A stretch of 64,000 bases of DNA from Podarcis muralis (Eukaryota), in NCBI RefSeq assembly GCF_964188315.1, contig NC_135656.1, forward strand, positions 120,714,001 to 120,778,000. Reading direction: 5' to 3'. Positions 42,566-55,410 of the stretch are shown one piece after another. The first letter of the stretch is position 1; each line of letters begins with the position of its first letter. Below the pieces are notes generated by a model. That model had not been told where the DNA came from. It saw only the letters and a list, made by a program, of their open reading frames with translations, and ran no database searches. The translations under genes were made by a program, and so were the position numbers.

Positions 42566-45500
42566 GGCAAAGCGGCACAGCAGCAAGAAGCTGTAAAAAT
42601 GTGTGTTTGGAAAGCGGGGAGGCGAAAGCCCTGGGGAAAAATTTGTCTGCAATCACGGGCTTATTCAGGATTTTTGTTTGCTATGCGTTTTTCTTGCTTG
42701 GGTTCGGGCAGCTGCCCCCCCCCCCCCACGCCGGCTGCGCCCATGCATGCAAATGCAACAGATTGTGAGGTTGAAAAGGAAACGCTTCAGGGAAACCTCT
42801 GCACAACGACAGCCCTTCGGCCCCCCCTCGCTCATGCACGCCACCTATCTAGGCTCCGTTTCTCGCTCTTTGAAATCTCAAGACATGGGTAGGCAAACTT
42901 AAGGCCCAATTGCCTTTTAAATGCGGCCCGCGGACGGTCCCGGAATCGGCGTATTTTTGCATGAATAGAATGTGCAGTTTTATTTAAAATGCATCTCTGG
43001 GTTATTTGTGGGGCATAGGAATTCGTTCATCCCCCCCCCCCCAAATATAGTCTCCCCCCAGGGTCTGAGGGACAGTGGTCCGGTCCCCTGCTGAAAAGGT
43101 TTGCTCTTAAGATGTTCTGCCCTTGGAAACCCCTTTTGCATCCCGTTGGGAGAAAACTGAATGGGCAACTTTCAATCAGAAGCAGGGAAGATCTTTGCTC
43201 CCACCTCCCTTTAGAGCTATTTCATAGTCAACTCCCCCTCCATCAAAGGCATGAACCCTTCTCATGATACTATATTCCCATCCTGACTTTTAAACATGCC
43301 AGTGTCCATTTTTATTACTCCAGTTTGTATCCAACTAAGAACAAGTAGTTCATAGCTTTCTTAATTTCTGCAGGTCTCCTCTGAGTAAACCTGCTGAAAT
43401 TAAGAAACCTATGAACTTCTGTGGGGCCTACTCTGAGTAGGACTAGCATTGGGCACAACGCCATATTTTTACGTTAGTTGCAAATTGCTTTGGCACTATT
43501 ATTATTTATTGTGTAATGGGAGGTTATGTGTGGCTGTGTGTGCAAGTGTAAACACAAAATATATACGCAGCTCGAGTGTGTAAAACAAACAAACTTGTAG
43601 TGGTACCTTGGTTTACAACCATAATCTGTTCCGGAGATCTGTTTGTAAACCAAAACAGGTTGTAACCCAAGGCATGCTTTCGCCAATGGGGCCTCCAATT
43701 TTTTTCTCTCGTAATAATAAAAAAAGGGTTGTAATCCAAAAAAGGGTTGCAAACTGGGACACGCACTTCTGGGTTTGATGTGTTTGTAATCCAAAACGTA
43801 TGCAAACCAGACTGTTTGCAGACCCAGGTACCACTGTAGTTAAAAGCAAATATTGAAAACATTCAGAAGATTAAAATCCAGGGCAGTTAGTAAGAAAGGA
43901 AACACTTCTACATGTCAGGATTACATGGTGTGTTACAGAAATTAATGGAAAATTTCTAAAAATTTGTTGCCCCCCCCCCCCCGCTAAATGCATTACACAT
44001 AAAGTTAAGGGAGAAAAAGAGATGTTCAACAAATGGTTTTTTTCTGAGGTAAAGTTAAATTAGCTCTAGAAATGTACTGCAAAAAAACCAGTCATTTTTA
44101 TCTTTCTTTATTAAAAAAATAAATGTCTGGATAGGCTTGCCTAAACAAAAATGTTTTAAGTGGGTGCTGAGAATAATACAGCGAGGATGCCTGTTTGATG
44201 TCAATAGACAGGCAGTTCCAAATTTTAGGTGTTACCACACGCTGCATCAATTTAGCACCTCTTTTTGCTCACCTGTATTTAAATTGTTCTATGTATATTT
44301 TTGGGAGAGGCCATTGGTCAGTCTCATCTGGGGTGCAGTTGTCTGGGGTTGCAGGGGGGCGACTGGGTGGTAGACCCATTACGTTTTGGGGAGCAGGGTC
44401 CCTAAGACAGCATCCCAGGAGCCCCAGCACCCCAAAAGCGACTTCTGCCTCACCACTGCAAAGTGCTGGTGCTATTTGCCCTCTTAGTAGCTAAATAGGT
44501 GCTTATACGCAGACTCACTGCAAAACATGCTCTGGAGCTTCATTAACTGCAAACCCTGAAATTTGGGGGCCCCTCCAAACTGGTGCCAAAGTTTTGCAAT
44601 CCTTTCGCACTGCCCCTGAACCTTGTAATTGACTTGCCCCTGGTTCATAGTAATACATCAAACTGGGATCGCTAGAACAGGCATAGGCAAACTCGGCCCT
44701 CCAGATGTTTTGGACATCGGTTTTATTTGGTTAGATTATAGCCATCATCCCTGACCACTGGTCCTGCTAACTAGGGATCATGGGAGTTATAAGTTCTGTG
44801 TTTTTAAAAAATGTTCTTTTTTCACATCCAGACATTTAATAATGTTATGCCATTCTAAATTTCAATCACCCCACAGTTGCCTGTTCTGTAATGTGAAAGG
44901 AAGGTTAGAAATGTAGATCCTGCCTTGTTTAGTGTTGTAGCACCTACTCTACTTGCCTTCTGATCAACCGCTTTTACGGCTTAGAAGTTGAGGGAATTTT
45001 AATAAGTTTTAGTTTTTTCAAAAAAATGTTTCAAAATACAATGGGGTTCCCTCCCTTGATGTTACAGTATTATCTTTTTTTAATTGATTTGAGGCTTTTA
45101 AAAAGCACACACAAAAAACCCAAGCGGTATAGAAATTCTATGAAATAAATTAATGCTATATTTCCAATAGTTTCTGAAACAGTGCCATGACCACACATGT
45201 TTCCTATTTCTGATGTGAGGCTTTTGCTTGTGGAAGGAAGTGCAGCAACAGGAAAAATTTGTGTGTGGGGGGGGGGGAAACACATGGTTTGGAGAAGAGT
45301 AAGTGACAAACTTGCAGAGAATAAAATCAACTTTTCTGCAAATCATCTGCACCTTGTTGTGAGTTGCAATCACTATGAGGTCCAAAAGACCTTGGGGATC
45401 AGTACAGAACCTGCAGGTTCTGACTTGGGAAATAAGGAGTTTCCAGCAACTTGGATGAATCCAAAAACTACAGTGCACATTTAAGCTCATACAAATTGCC

Positions 45501-45626
45501 TTCCATTAAATTTCAATGGGTGCTTCTATTGAAAAGCAGTGATTGATTGATTTCTCTCTCTCTTTCTCTCCCACCAGAAAAAACTAGACTCTGCTGGATT
45601 GCTTCACAGTGACTGCCTCTTGCACA

Positions 45627-47243
45627 ATGGGCAACCTGCAGAATAAGATGGAGAGGACAAACGAAAGGAACTGGTTGGGACCACAGTTCAGCATAAAAGA
45701 GGCATGGAGTGGTTCCCAAAACCCTATGGAAGTATCTCCACTGGAGCCTTCCCAAGAGGATCTTTTTGAGTTGGATGATAAGAATTTCGTTCTGGCATTG
45801 GAGAGCAGCATGGAGGAAGAGAAGGAACCGTCCAGTTCTGACGTGCTGAACTTGCCACTTCCAGCGCAAGCAGAAGCACATTGTGTCCAGGTTCCCCTGA
45901 ACAGCACCCCAGGCGAGGTCCCAAAGTTGCGTAGAAGCAGGCGTCTCCTAAGACAGTCCTCCTCCCTTGAGCCAGAGGACACCACCACTATGGAGCCACC
46001 AGCAAAAAGGCAGAGGATCTCTTTTGTGTGGAGATACTTCACGACAACAAGCAAATTTGTGGTCCAGTGCCGTGTCTGCCATAGGGCTGTTCGCCTTGGG
46101 AGGCCTGATGGTTGCCAACTGGTGGGAACCACTGCAATGCACAGTCACATGATGAGAAAGCACAGGGACGTCCTTGAGAAGGCGTCAAAAAGTGGCAAGA
46201 CTGCATCTTCCAGGCCTCGAACCCGGTCTGTCTCGGGTACTTTGGGATCTCACTCCGCTCTTAACAAGCCAGCAGGAAGTGGCCAGATGACACCCTCCAG
46301 GCCTCACACTCGCTCCATGTCAGGCAGTTCTAGATTGCAGTCCACTCCGCTGACCTGTGTGGCATGCCAGCCAATGGAATTCCCTTTGCTAGAGAGCAAC
46401 AGCAGCCAAGATTTTGAGTCCAGGGATGGCAACACTATGCTGGTACCGGAGGACTGTGCAAAGGAAAGGGCACTACCAGGACTCAAGGAAGGAGGAGCCT
46501 CTGGCTTCAAAAGGCCCCAAAAGAACCCACTTCAAAAGGTTGCCGCCAACATGGAACCATCAGCCCATCGTGGGGAAACGTCTTTTGTGTGGAAACTCTT
46601 CGCCAAGGATGCCAATAGCAAATTTGCGGCCCGTTGCAGTCAAACTGTTAGTCTTGGGAAGCCCAGCGGCTGCCAGCAGATGGGAACCACCACAATGCAC
46701 AGTCACCTCATGAAATGGCACAGAGATGTGGCTGACAAGGCCAAAAGAAGCAGCAATACAACACGCTCCTTCCCTCCTAGGCAGAAAGAAAAGGCAAATG
46801 ACCGGCTCTGTGGAGGACAGATGGAAGAGCTAGGCTCTGTGGCAACTGACGCAGGGGAAAGAGCAGGGGTAGCTCCTCACGTCGTCCAGGCGAGGGGCAG
46901 TGTGGCAGCCTCAAAGAGAACCGCACAGGAGATCCTGGTTGAGGAGGACGTCCTTGGCTCTGATGCTCGGCGCCAACGTTTCAGGCATTTCCGCTACCAG
47001 GAGGCCGAGGGGCCCCGAGAGGTTTGCAGCCAATTCCACCGCCTCTGCCAACAGTGGCTGAAGCCGAGGAGACTCACCAAGGCTCAGATGCTGGACCTGG
47101 TGATCCTGGAGCAGTTCCTTGCTGCCCTCCCCCCGGAGATGCAAAGCTGGGTCAAAGATTGTGGGCCGGAGACCAGCGCCGAGGCAGTGGCCCTGGCTGA
47201 AGGTTTTCTCATGAGCCAAGTGGAAGACCAGAAGGAGGCTGAG
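45627..47243 (+). CDS. Copy 3 coding exon 1 (BED, BED, SCAN), open
   Basis: 539 codons with a 15-nt insertion (LFELD); BED1 and SCAN are identical to copy 1 at protein level. Confidence 0.9.
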
Positions 47244-48477
47244 GTGAGAGACTGTTTTGCTCTGGTAATTCCGAGGCCCTAAAATCCTTTATTTGCATTT
47301 GGATTCACTGCCTCGCGAAGTGCTGATCAATCTTCTAGCTGATAAATTAGACCCTCTCAGGTGCTGAGATCTGCAGATGGGGCCCTCTTGGTAGTCCTGC
47401 ACCCTCAGAGGTTTGGTGGGTGGCAGAAGGCCTTCTCTGTGGTGGCCCCTAAGCTGTGGCACTCCTTCCCCACAGAGGCACATCTGGTACCTACATTATA
47501 CGGCTTCCAGCGAATGCTGATGACGCTCATTTTTGCCCTGGCTTTTGAGGTGTATGCCTTTAGGACTCGCCTTCTATGAATCCAATTTTTGAATTGTTTT
47601 TAGTATTGTGTTTTACTGCTGCAACCTGCCCTGGGACCTTAGAGTGAAAGGGAGGGTAAATAATAATTATTAATGATGATGATACCGTATTGGCCCGAAT
47701 ATAAGCCGCTCCCTTCCTCGCTTTCTCCCTTCCCGGCCTTGGGGGAGAGGACATGGGACTACGCGTGGGACAGGCACCACTTTGCTGTGCTCCTGGCTGC
47801 ATACTGGATAATTTTTGTAAGGTTGTGAATATAAGCTGCACTTTAACTTTTCACGGTCGGAATTTGGGGGGAAAGTGCGGCTTATATACGGGCCAATACG
47901 GTAATCATAACTTGAACATTTATTCATCTTGCGTTATTTAATGGCACCCCTGGCCTTTGCCTGACCTGTTTCCTGTCTCTCCCTCCCCCCCTCCACTTTC
48001 TTGCATGGGTTCCTATCTCAGGCGCAGGAGATGCCATCCACAGCAACCTCACGTTTCATGGAGGCAGAGAACACCCTCCCAGGTGCCACCGAGAGGCCGC
48101 TCTTCAGGGAGATCAAGCAGGAGGCTGACATGGGGAACCACCTGTCTGGGTAAGGACCATAACGGAGCAGGCTTCAAGATAGCCTCTCCTTCTCTTGACC
48201 ATGCCTGGATCCTGTGGTTAAATTACGGAGCCTAAAACGCCTCCCCATTTTCTTTGTCTTCCCCATAGGATGTCGAACAACGTTTGGAGACAGCGAGATG
48301 GCCCCAGAGGTTCCTTCTAGGCCTCCTCCTCTTTGTGGTGGACTGGAAATGGCTTCTGCTCAGTTGGAACAGGTATGGGGTGGACAGAATCCTTGGGGAG
48401 ACGGGCAGGGAACCTCCCAGGTTCCTTTTTCAGACCCAGCGAGAGGTGTGGGATTTGATGGGACATCCTCCTTTCAG

Positions 48478-48604
48478 GCTCCCGTGTCCCTTGAGGAGGT
48501 GGCAGTGCATTTTAAAGAGGATGAATGGGCTCTGCTGGATCCGGAGCAGAGAGCGCTGCACAAAGAAGTCATGGAGGAGAATTATGCGAGTCTGGTATTT
48601 CTAG
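48478..48604 (+). CDS. Copy 3 KRAB-A exon (intact, downstream of the frameshift)
   Basis: 127 nt, intact splice sites, conserved W retained. Confidence 0.75.
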
Positions 48605-49838
48605 GTAAGGCTCCTCCTTGGTTTTGGCTGCTAGATCCTGAAAGCAGGAATAGTTGCTGCTCTTTGTATGCGGCAGTGCATTGTGGGAAACGTCACGGCG
48701 TGTGACAGGGCCTTCTTTCAGACGTCTACATAGCTGTCAACTTTTCCCTTTTCTTGTGAGGAATCCTATTCGGAATAAGGGAATTTCCCTTTAAAAAAGG
48801 GAAACGTTGACAGCTATGCGTCTCTTAAAAACTTTACTTTTTAGTCTCATCTTTACAATATGGATTTCCCCTCCCCTTCAGCCAGCTAGTATCTGTTGCT
48901 GTTTTACTGATGTTTGTAAACACGTTTTACAGATATTAATTTTCATTATTTTAAAGTTTATTTATACTTTTCAAATTCATACATTTCATTAATTTCACAA
49001 TCGTTTTAACATTTCAAAGTTTGGCTTCCTCCGCCCCCCACCCCTTCTGCAGTTCCTTAAATTTATTTTTTTAATATCTTCTGCATATCCAAACACATTT
49101 AATTTGCTCATTTAATTATCTACTTTAAATATAAACTCGAATGAAACTGCAGGTTATTGCAGTAATCCTGCCAATGTTTTTATCTGTTTGCAATTTATCT
49201 GTAAATATTCACTAAGTCATTTCCATTCTTTTATAAAAAGTTTATCTTGATTTCTTATTCTTCCGGTAAATTTCACCATTAATGCATAGTCCATAAGTTT
49301 TTGCATCCTTGCTATTGTAGTCGCATACATAAATAAATTTCTATACAATTTAGGTAGTTCTGTCGCTAAATTCCCAAAAGAGAAGGGTTTTTTGTTGTGT
49401 TTTTTTTAAGAAAGGTTATTTTGAACATCCTCTTCAATTGATTATATATCATTTCCCAGTAAGCTTACTGGCTTACCATTTTACAGATATTTATTGACTG
49501 ATTTAATTGAATTTATGCCACGAGCTGCGTTGATATATGCTATGAAAGTGCAAATAAAAAAAATCAAATAAATAAATAGTCAGTTAAATAAGCTCTGGCC
49601 CCATCCAAGCTATACATTTAAGGCAGCATTATACCATTACCCAGGCCTATGGCGATTAAATAATCTATGACCTGTAAAAGTGTGGGGACTATTATTCTAA
49701 TTAGGTTGTCTGTCAGAATGCTCTTTATTATGTTTTTGTCATTGATGCTGCGTAATGTGTTTTAACGTTGTACACCGCCCTGATAAAGGGCAGTATATAA
49801 ATTGAATAAATAATAATATCTTCTTTCTCTCAAAAAAG

Positions 49839-49928
49839 GACTACCAGTTTCCAGATCTGACATCGCTTTGCAGAAAGAATGGGAGAATGCATTCACTGAG
49901 GGCTCTGAAGAGGAGGAGAAATTAGCAG
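49839..49928 (+). CDS. Copy 3 KRAB-B exon
   Basis: 90 nt, open, splice sites intact. Confidence 0.65.
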
Positions 49929-50879
49929 GTAGGTGCTTAATTGAGATGGGACTCCCTGCATTTTTGGCCTAGCAAGCTATGAAGACACCTGGCAGACATT
50001 TTTATTTCTGTGTGACCAGACCCCCATGCCCTCCTTAATTAAACTGGTGGGCACCAGAGGCAGGCAGGACCCTTTTAGTAGTGTCTCCTGCACTCTGGAA
50101 TTCACTTCTGAAAGATATACAACGGGGGCTCCCCTCAGTTTAAGAAAGTCTTTATAAAAGCTTACCTGTTTTCTCTTACCTGTAACTGAATGCCGAAGAG
50201 GTAGCTCTCTACCCTGGCCTTGAGACCTGAGACATGTTTTGAGAGCCTTCCCCTTTCCCAGGACTGTAATTTTTAAAATTCTTTTTAAAACTAAAAATTT
50301 TAGATTGTTGTAAACCACCCCAGGACCTGCTGGCAGAGGGTGCGTAATAGATTTACTAATGCTAATAATTTATGCTACTTATTTCACGCACAAAAATACT
50401 TAGCACTTGATTATAGAAAAACCTCAAAGCAAGGCACATGTTGTATCATCGAACTACAGCTATTTCCTTGCAGGATTTGGGTTGTGCTTCAGAGTTAAAA
50501 CAGAAACCAAGGGTAAATTCAAATAATTAAAAATGGTAATAAACTACAAACACATCAGTATTGTAGATATCTGGGTAGACTTGCCTGAGCAAAAACATTT
50601 TTAGCAGGCACCAAAAAGAGCACAGTGAAGGCACAATATGCAGGGAGTTCCGAAGTATAGAGACTGCCATACTAAAATATCAATTTCCCCAAAATGCGGA
50701 ACATATTATGTGGCATGTGCAACAGTATCAGTTATTATTTCCTTTTCACCATCAGAGGCTGTTTGATGGAATTGAAAGGGATCTGCCTCCCCACTTAATA
50801 TTTTCTGCTTTCTTTGATTTCATTGAGTTTCCTTCCTGATTTGAGGACCTGTTCCTGATTTCTCTCTCGATTCTTTCAG

Positions 50880-51457
50880 GTGATGGGAGTGATAGTGATG
50901 AAGAAAACCGTCCTCAAAGTAAGAAAACTGAACAAAAGCAGAAGAAGCGCTTGACTTCTGAAGGGACTGGCTTCCGTGAAGTTTCAATACTGGCAGAACG
51001 TCATGCGGGAAACAAAAGTAATATGGAGAATGGAGAGAGGCTGTTGATGTGCTCAGAGTGTGGAAAGGGTTTCATTGGCTGGCTGAATCTTACTAAACAT
51101 CAGAGAATCCACATGGGAGAAAAACCACATGAATATTCAGAGAACAGGAAGCCATTCTCTCGCAGCTCAGACCAGGGATTCCATGTTGGCACAAAGCCCT
51201 ATAAATGCTCAGAGTGTGGAAAGAGCTTTGTTCAGAGCACGTACCTGCGAGTGCATAAAAGAATTCACACAGGGGAGAAGCCGTACAAATGCTTCGAGTG
51301 CGGAAAGAGCTTCGGCTGGAGCGGAAACCTCAACAGGCACCACAGAATCCACACAGGGGAGAAGCCGTATCAATGTTCCCAGTGTGAGAAGAGTTTCCGT
51401 CACAGATCAAGCCTTAAACTTCACCAGAGAATTCACGGAGGTGAACGCACTTTATAA
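50880..51457 (+). CDS. Copy 3 C2H2 exon (intact, downstream of the frameshift)
   Basis: 578 nt open frame; K>L in the finger 1 helix. Confidence 0.8.
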
Positions 51458-52149
51458 ACATCGAGGTTTTGGTGGAATGCATACGTTAATTCGCATTACA
51501 AAACTTGCACTTGGGAGAAACTCAACGGCCCTCCAGCTGTTTTGGGACTACACTTCCCATCATCCCTGACCACTGGTCCTGTTAACTAGGGATGATGGGA
51601 GTTGTAGTTCCAAAATACCTGGGGGGCCAAGTTTGCCTATGCGTGGATAGTGGAGCGTGGATATTCTGGTATCCCTTCAAGAGAAAGCACATGAATAACT
51701 ACAGCAACCTTCACAATCTGGTGCCCTCCAAATGTTTTGGACTACAATTCTCATCGGCCGCGTGCATCACAGCCACTGGGTTCCCCCAAAGAACATGGGT
51801 GGTGTTTTGTCTTTTGTAGCAAAAATCCACCTTCCCACCAAAATACAGAACAACCACATAGGATTTGCACCAACCTGGAGCTACGATACTTTTGAATATT
51901 CATTTATTACAGTCCTGTTGTATTTGAAAGGAACTATTGGACAGCACTTTGATTGACTTGTTTATTTCTAGAGTCACGTTTTCTCTTACTGGCATTGCAT
52001 TGCGGTAGGATGTGAGGTTTTTCATCGTTTCTGTGGCTCCTGGGCTGCCTCATGTGTAGCAGGCAAGCCTACTAAACCACAAATGCAATGCAATGAGCTA
52101 TTTCTGCTTAGTTTTATACACAGCACACACATTTTGATAAATAACGACC

Positions 52150-53110
52150 GTAATGTTAATTCGCATTACAAAAATTTGTAATGTTAATTCGCATTACAAA
52201 ACTTGCACTTGGGAGAAACTCCACAGCTAAGAGCAGGCGTAGGCAAACTCGGCCCTCCAGCTGTTTTGGGACTACAATTCCCATCATCCCTGACCACTGG
52301 TCCTGTTAACTAGGGATGATGGGAGTTGTAGTCCCAAAACATCTGGAGGGCCGAGTTTGCCTATTCCTGGCTAAGAGCCATGAATTGCATTCAAGAATCC
52401 ACACAGGAGATGAGTTTGAGATGAGCATCCTTCAGAGCAGACCGCTTTAGGTCGTAGCAAAGAATGCCAGGAGAGCTTGGATATTCTGGTATCCTTTCAG
52501 GAGAAAGCACATGAATAACTACAGCAACCTTCACAATCTGGTGCCCTCCAGATGTTTTGGACTACAATTCTCATCGGCTGCATGCATCACAGCCACATAG
52601 GATTTGCGCCAGCCTGGGGCTTTGGGGAGTTGTACTCCAACAGCTCGTGACTTTGATACTTTTGAATATTCATTTATTACAGTCCTGTTGTAATCACAGC
52701 CACTGGGTTCCCCCAAAGAACATGGGTGGTGTTTTGTATTTTGTAGCAAAAACCCACCTTCCCACCAAAATACAGAACAACCACATAGGATTTGCACCAG
52801 CCTGGAGCTACGATACTTTTGAATATTCATTTATCACTGTCCCGTTGTGTTTGAAAGGAACTATTGGACAGCACTTTGATTGACTTGTTTATTTCTAGAG
52901 TCACGTTTTCCCTTACTGGCATTGCATTGCGGTAGGATGTAAGGTTTTTCATCGTTTCTGCGGCTCCTGGGCTGCCTCATGTGTAGCAGTGCAGAAAGGC
53001 GAGCCTACTAAACCACAAATGCAACACATTGAGCTCTTTCTACTTAGTTTTGTACATAGCACACACATTTTGATAAATAACGACCTTTTGCGTTGCCTTG
53101 GCGACATTTG
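52150..53110 (+). repeat. Second, divergent copy of the 3'UTR block in unit 3
   Basis: Restarts at gttaattcgcattacaaaacttgcac (homologous to 15965) and repeats the UTR with extra ancestral-looking sequence. Confidence 0.85.
52234..52369. mobile_element. Intact palindromic hAT-type MITE
   Basis: caggcgtaggcaaactcggcc...gagtttgcctattcctg with a perfect 8-bp TSD gctaagag. Confidence 0.92.
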
Positions 53111-53250
53111 AAAATAGGTCTTGGAGATGCCAGTTTTGTGCGGATGCCTTTTGGATATCTAGACTGGATTTGAACACATCAAAGAAGAGTTTCAATTAAA
53201 CGTGTTGTAAATTTAAACAGGGAAATCCGGGAGGGAAAGATGGGACTCCA

Positions 53251-53281
53251 CAGCGCCATCTGGTGGCAGTGTTATATTGCA
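53251..53281 (-). promoter_or_regulatory. CTCF-binding site, unit 3 (2-bp shorter spacer)
   Basis: Core identical; spacer to TGCAAT is 9 nt. Confidence 0.72.
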
Positions 53282-53988
53282 TACACAACACTTTCTTTAT
53301 CAGCCTAGCAGAGTCCTTAATGTGATGAGCACTATGTATATAATGTGTTGTTTGTATTCTTATTTTGTTACTATTTGTATTTGTTATATAAGGTTATTTT
53401 TTATCTGTTGAATTTGCAAATAAACGGTTTTTTTAAATGAAACAAAATTTTTTTGGGTGGGGGATTGTGTTATATGATCTCGGCAGCCACTCCCAGTCAC
53501 CAGTCTAGCTGCCGCATTCTGGATTAGTTGTAGTTTCCGGGTCACCTTCAAGGTAGCCCTACGTACAGCGCATTGCGGTAGTCCAAGCGGGAGATAACCA
53601 GAGCATGCACCACTCTGGCGAGACGGTCCACAGGCTACATTCTCTTACAACACATTCTCTTGCCCTTCAGAAGAGAAGGACATCCCTTCCTTCTCCATCC
53701 CTTCCCCTTTGAGCTTCCTTATCTCCTGGAAACCTTGCCCTTGGTCTTCAGGATTCCCTGTTACCGACACTCCTATCTCTCAGTTGCTGGATCAAAACCA
53801 TTTTAAATGTAATCACTCCATTTTGGGGTGGTTATTATATTTACTGCATTTGTCAGACACTTTTTCTCAGTGGGAAAAAAAGAGTCTCAGAGCAACCTAA
53901 CCAGATAAACTAAAACAGATAAAACCAGATAATTAAAAACATCTAAAATGCTCATCCGGCAACATCCATGCTTTTATCTTGTATTTAT

Positions 53989-54390
53989 TTGTTGTTGTTT
54001 AGTTGCTTAGTCGTTTAGGACTCTTCGTGACCCCATGGACCAGAGCACGCCAGGCACTCCTGTCTTCCACTGCCTCCCGCAGTTTGGTCAAATTCATGCT
54101 GGTAGCTTCGACAACACTGTCCAACCATCTCGTCCTCTGTCGCCCCCTTCTCCTTGCGCCCTCCATCTTTCCCAGCATCAGGGACTTTTCCAGGGAGTCT
54201 TCTCTTCTCATGAGGTGGCCAAAGTATTGGAGCCTCAGCTTCACGATCTGTCCTTCCAGTGAGCAATCAGGGCTGATTTCCTTCAGAATGGAGAGGTTTG
54301 ATCTTCTTGCAGTCCATGGGACTCTCAAGAGTCTTCTCCAGCACCCTAATTCAAAAGCATCAATTCTTCGGCGATCAGCCTTCTTTATGG
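53989..54390 (-). mobile_element. 5'-truncated RTE-BovB LINE, unit 3 (undeleted)
   Basis: Same TSD; retains RRRGRQRTRWLD. Confidence 0.92.
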
Positions 54391-54649
54391 ATCTTGTATT
54401 TATAGTTTGCTTTTATTTTCATTTTATCCCAGAACTGCCCTGAGATCTTTTGATGAGAGATGGCATATAAATCTAATTGAAAAATAAAAAAAATAAAATT
54501 GGTTAAAAAAAATCCTACCCCACCTGATTAAAAGATGAGCAGCACCATGGAAGGCACCGGCTTGGGGGGGGGGGAAACACCTTTGGTGCCTGAAATACTT
54601 TCATCACATGATGAAAGGTTAGCTACTAGAGATAAAGCAATCAGTTAAT

Positions 54650-55410
54650 CAGGGCTGGATTTAGAAGAAGAGAGGCCCTGGGCTGCTCCACTTGTGAGGC
54701 CCCTCCCCACCCTCACAGCTAAAAGAAAATGAAAGAGTGTTATAAACAGAACTGAATGAAGACAAGGATGCTCAAGGGTATTTAAAATTCTGCAATTCTC
54801 AATTACTCCTCCAAAGGACATAAGATGTTATTGTTAAACACCATGGTGATTTTAAAATAATGCATAAAATTAACACTGAAAAACTTTTGCAGTAACTGAA
54901 CTTTGTACACCTTTTGTGGAAGCATTATTTTTTAGGAAAATGAAGTTGTAATGTTATTCTTTTTTTAAAAAAACACACATTGAGTTTACAAATATTGCCT
55001 GGGAAGTGTAAATAATATGTAAATAATATGTTCATGATTACCTGACAGTGTGGCACTTTTAGAATTTACTTTACGTTGTCATTAAAAAGTTTTAAAATAC
55101 GTAAACTACAACCATCAAATACAGTAAGTAAGAAGTAAACTACAACCATCAAATGCAGTAAGGCTAAAATGTTTCCCCCTGCTAGCCTTCCTCATAGGAA
55201 AATCATCCAAAACTTCATCAAAATTTGTTTGTCTAAGTTTGTACAGAATGCTCAGTGCGGACACCCTTTCTTGAGACATTGTGGCCCTTAATTCATTTTT
55301 AATTCTTTTGAGTCTTGAAAAAAATCCTCTCTCCTGAGCAGCTAGTGACCATAGGGCTAAGAAATAGCTGCAAGATTGCTTCCACATTAGGAAAGGACAC
55401 CTGGTGTCCC
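54650..55410 (-). mobile_element. Decayed hAT transposon 3' end, unit 4
   Basis: As above; retains DEVLDDF where the other units have a deletion. Confidence 0.8.

Larger units (their letters stand above)
45627..51457 (+). pseudogene. Copy 3: frameshifted after SCAN; predicted 598-aa BED-BED-SCAN product, or a recent pseudogene
   Basis: Exons 45627-47243, 48022-48149 (128 nt, +1), 48269-48372, 48478-48604, 49839-49928, 50880-51457. atggggaaccacc versus atgggcaccacc; the shifted frame reaches TAG at 48318-48320. The ORF track shows the two frames fused in ORF 47957-48235. Confidence 0.75.
36522..54682 (+). repeat. Segmental duplication unit 3 (18.2 kb)
   Basis: Colinear with units 1 and 2; contains an N gap and an extra 3'UTR-like block. 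Confidence 0.97.
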
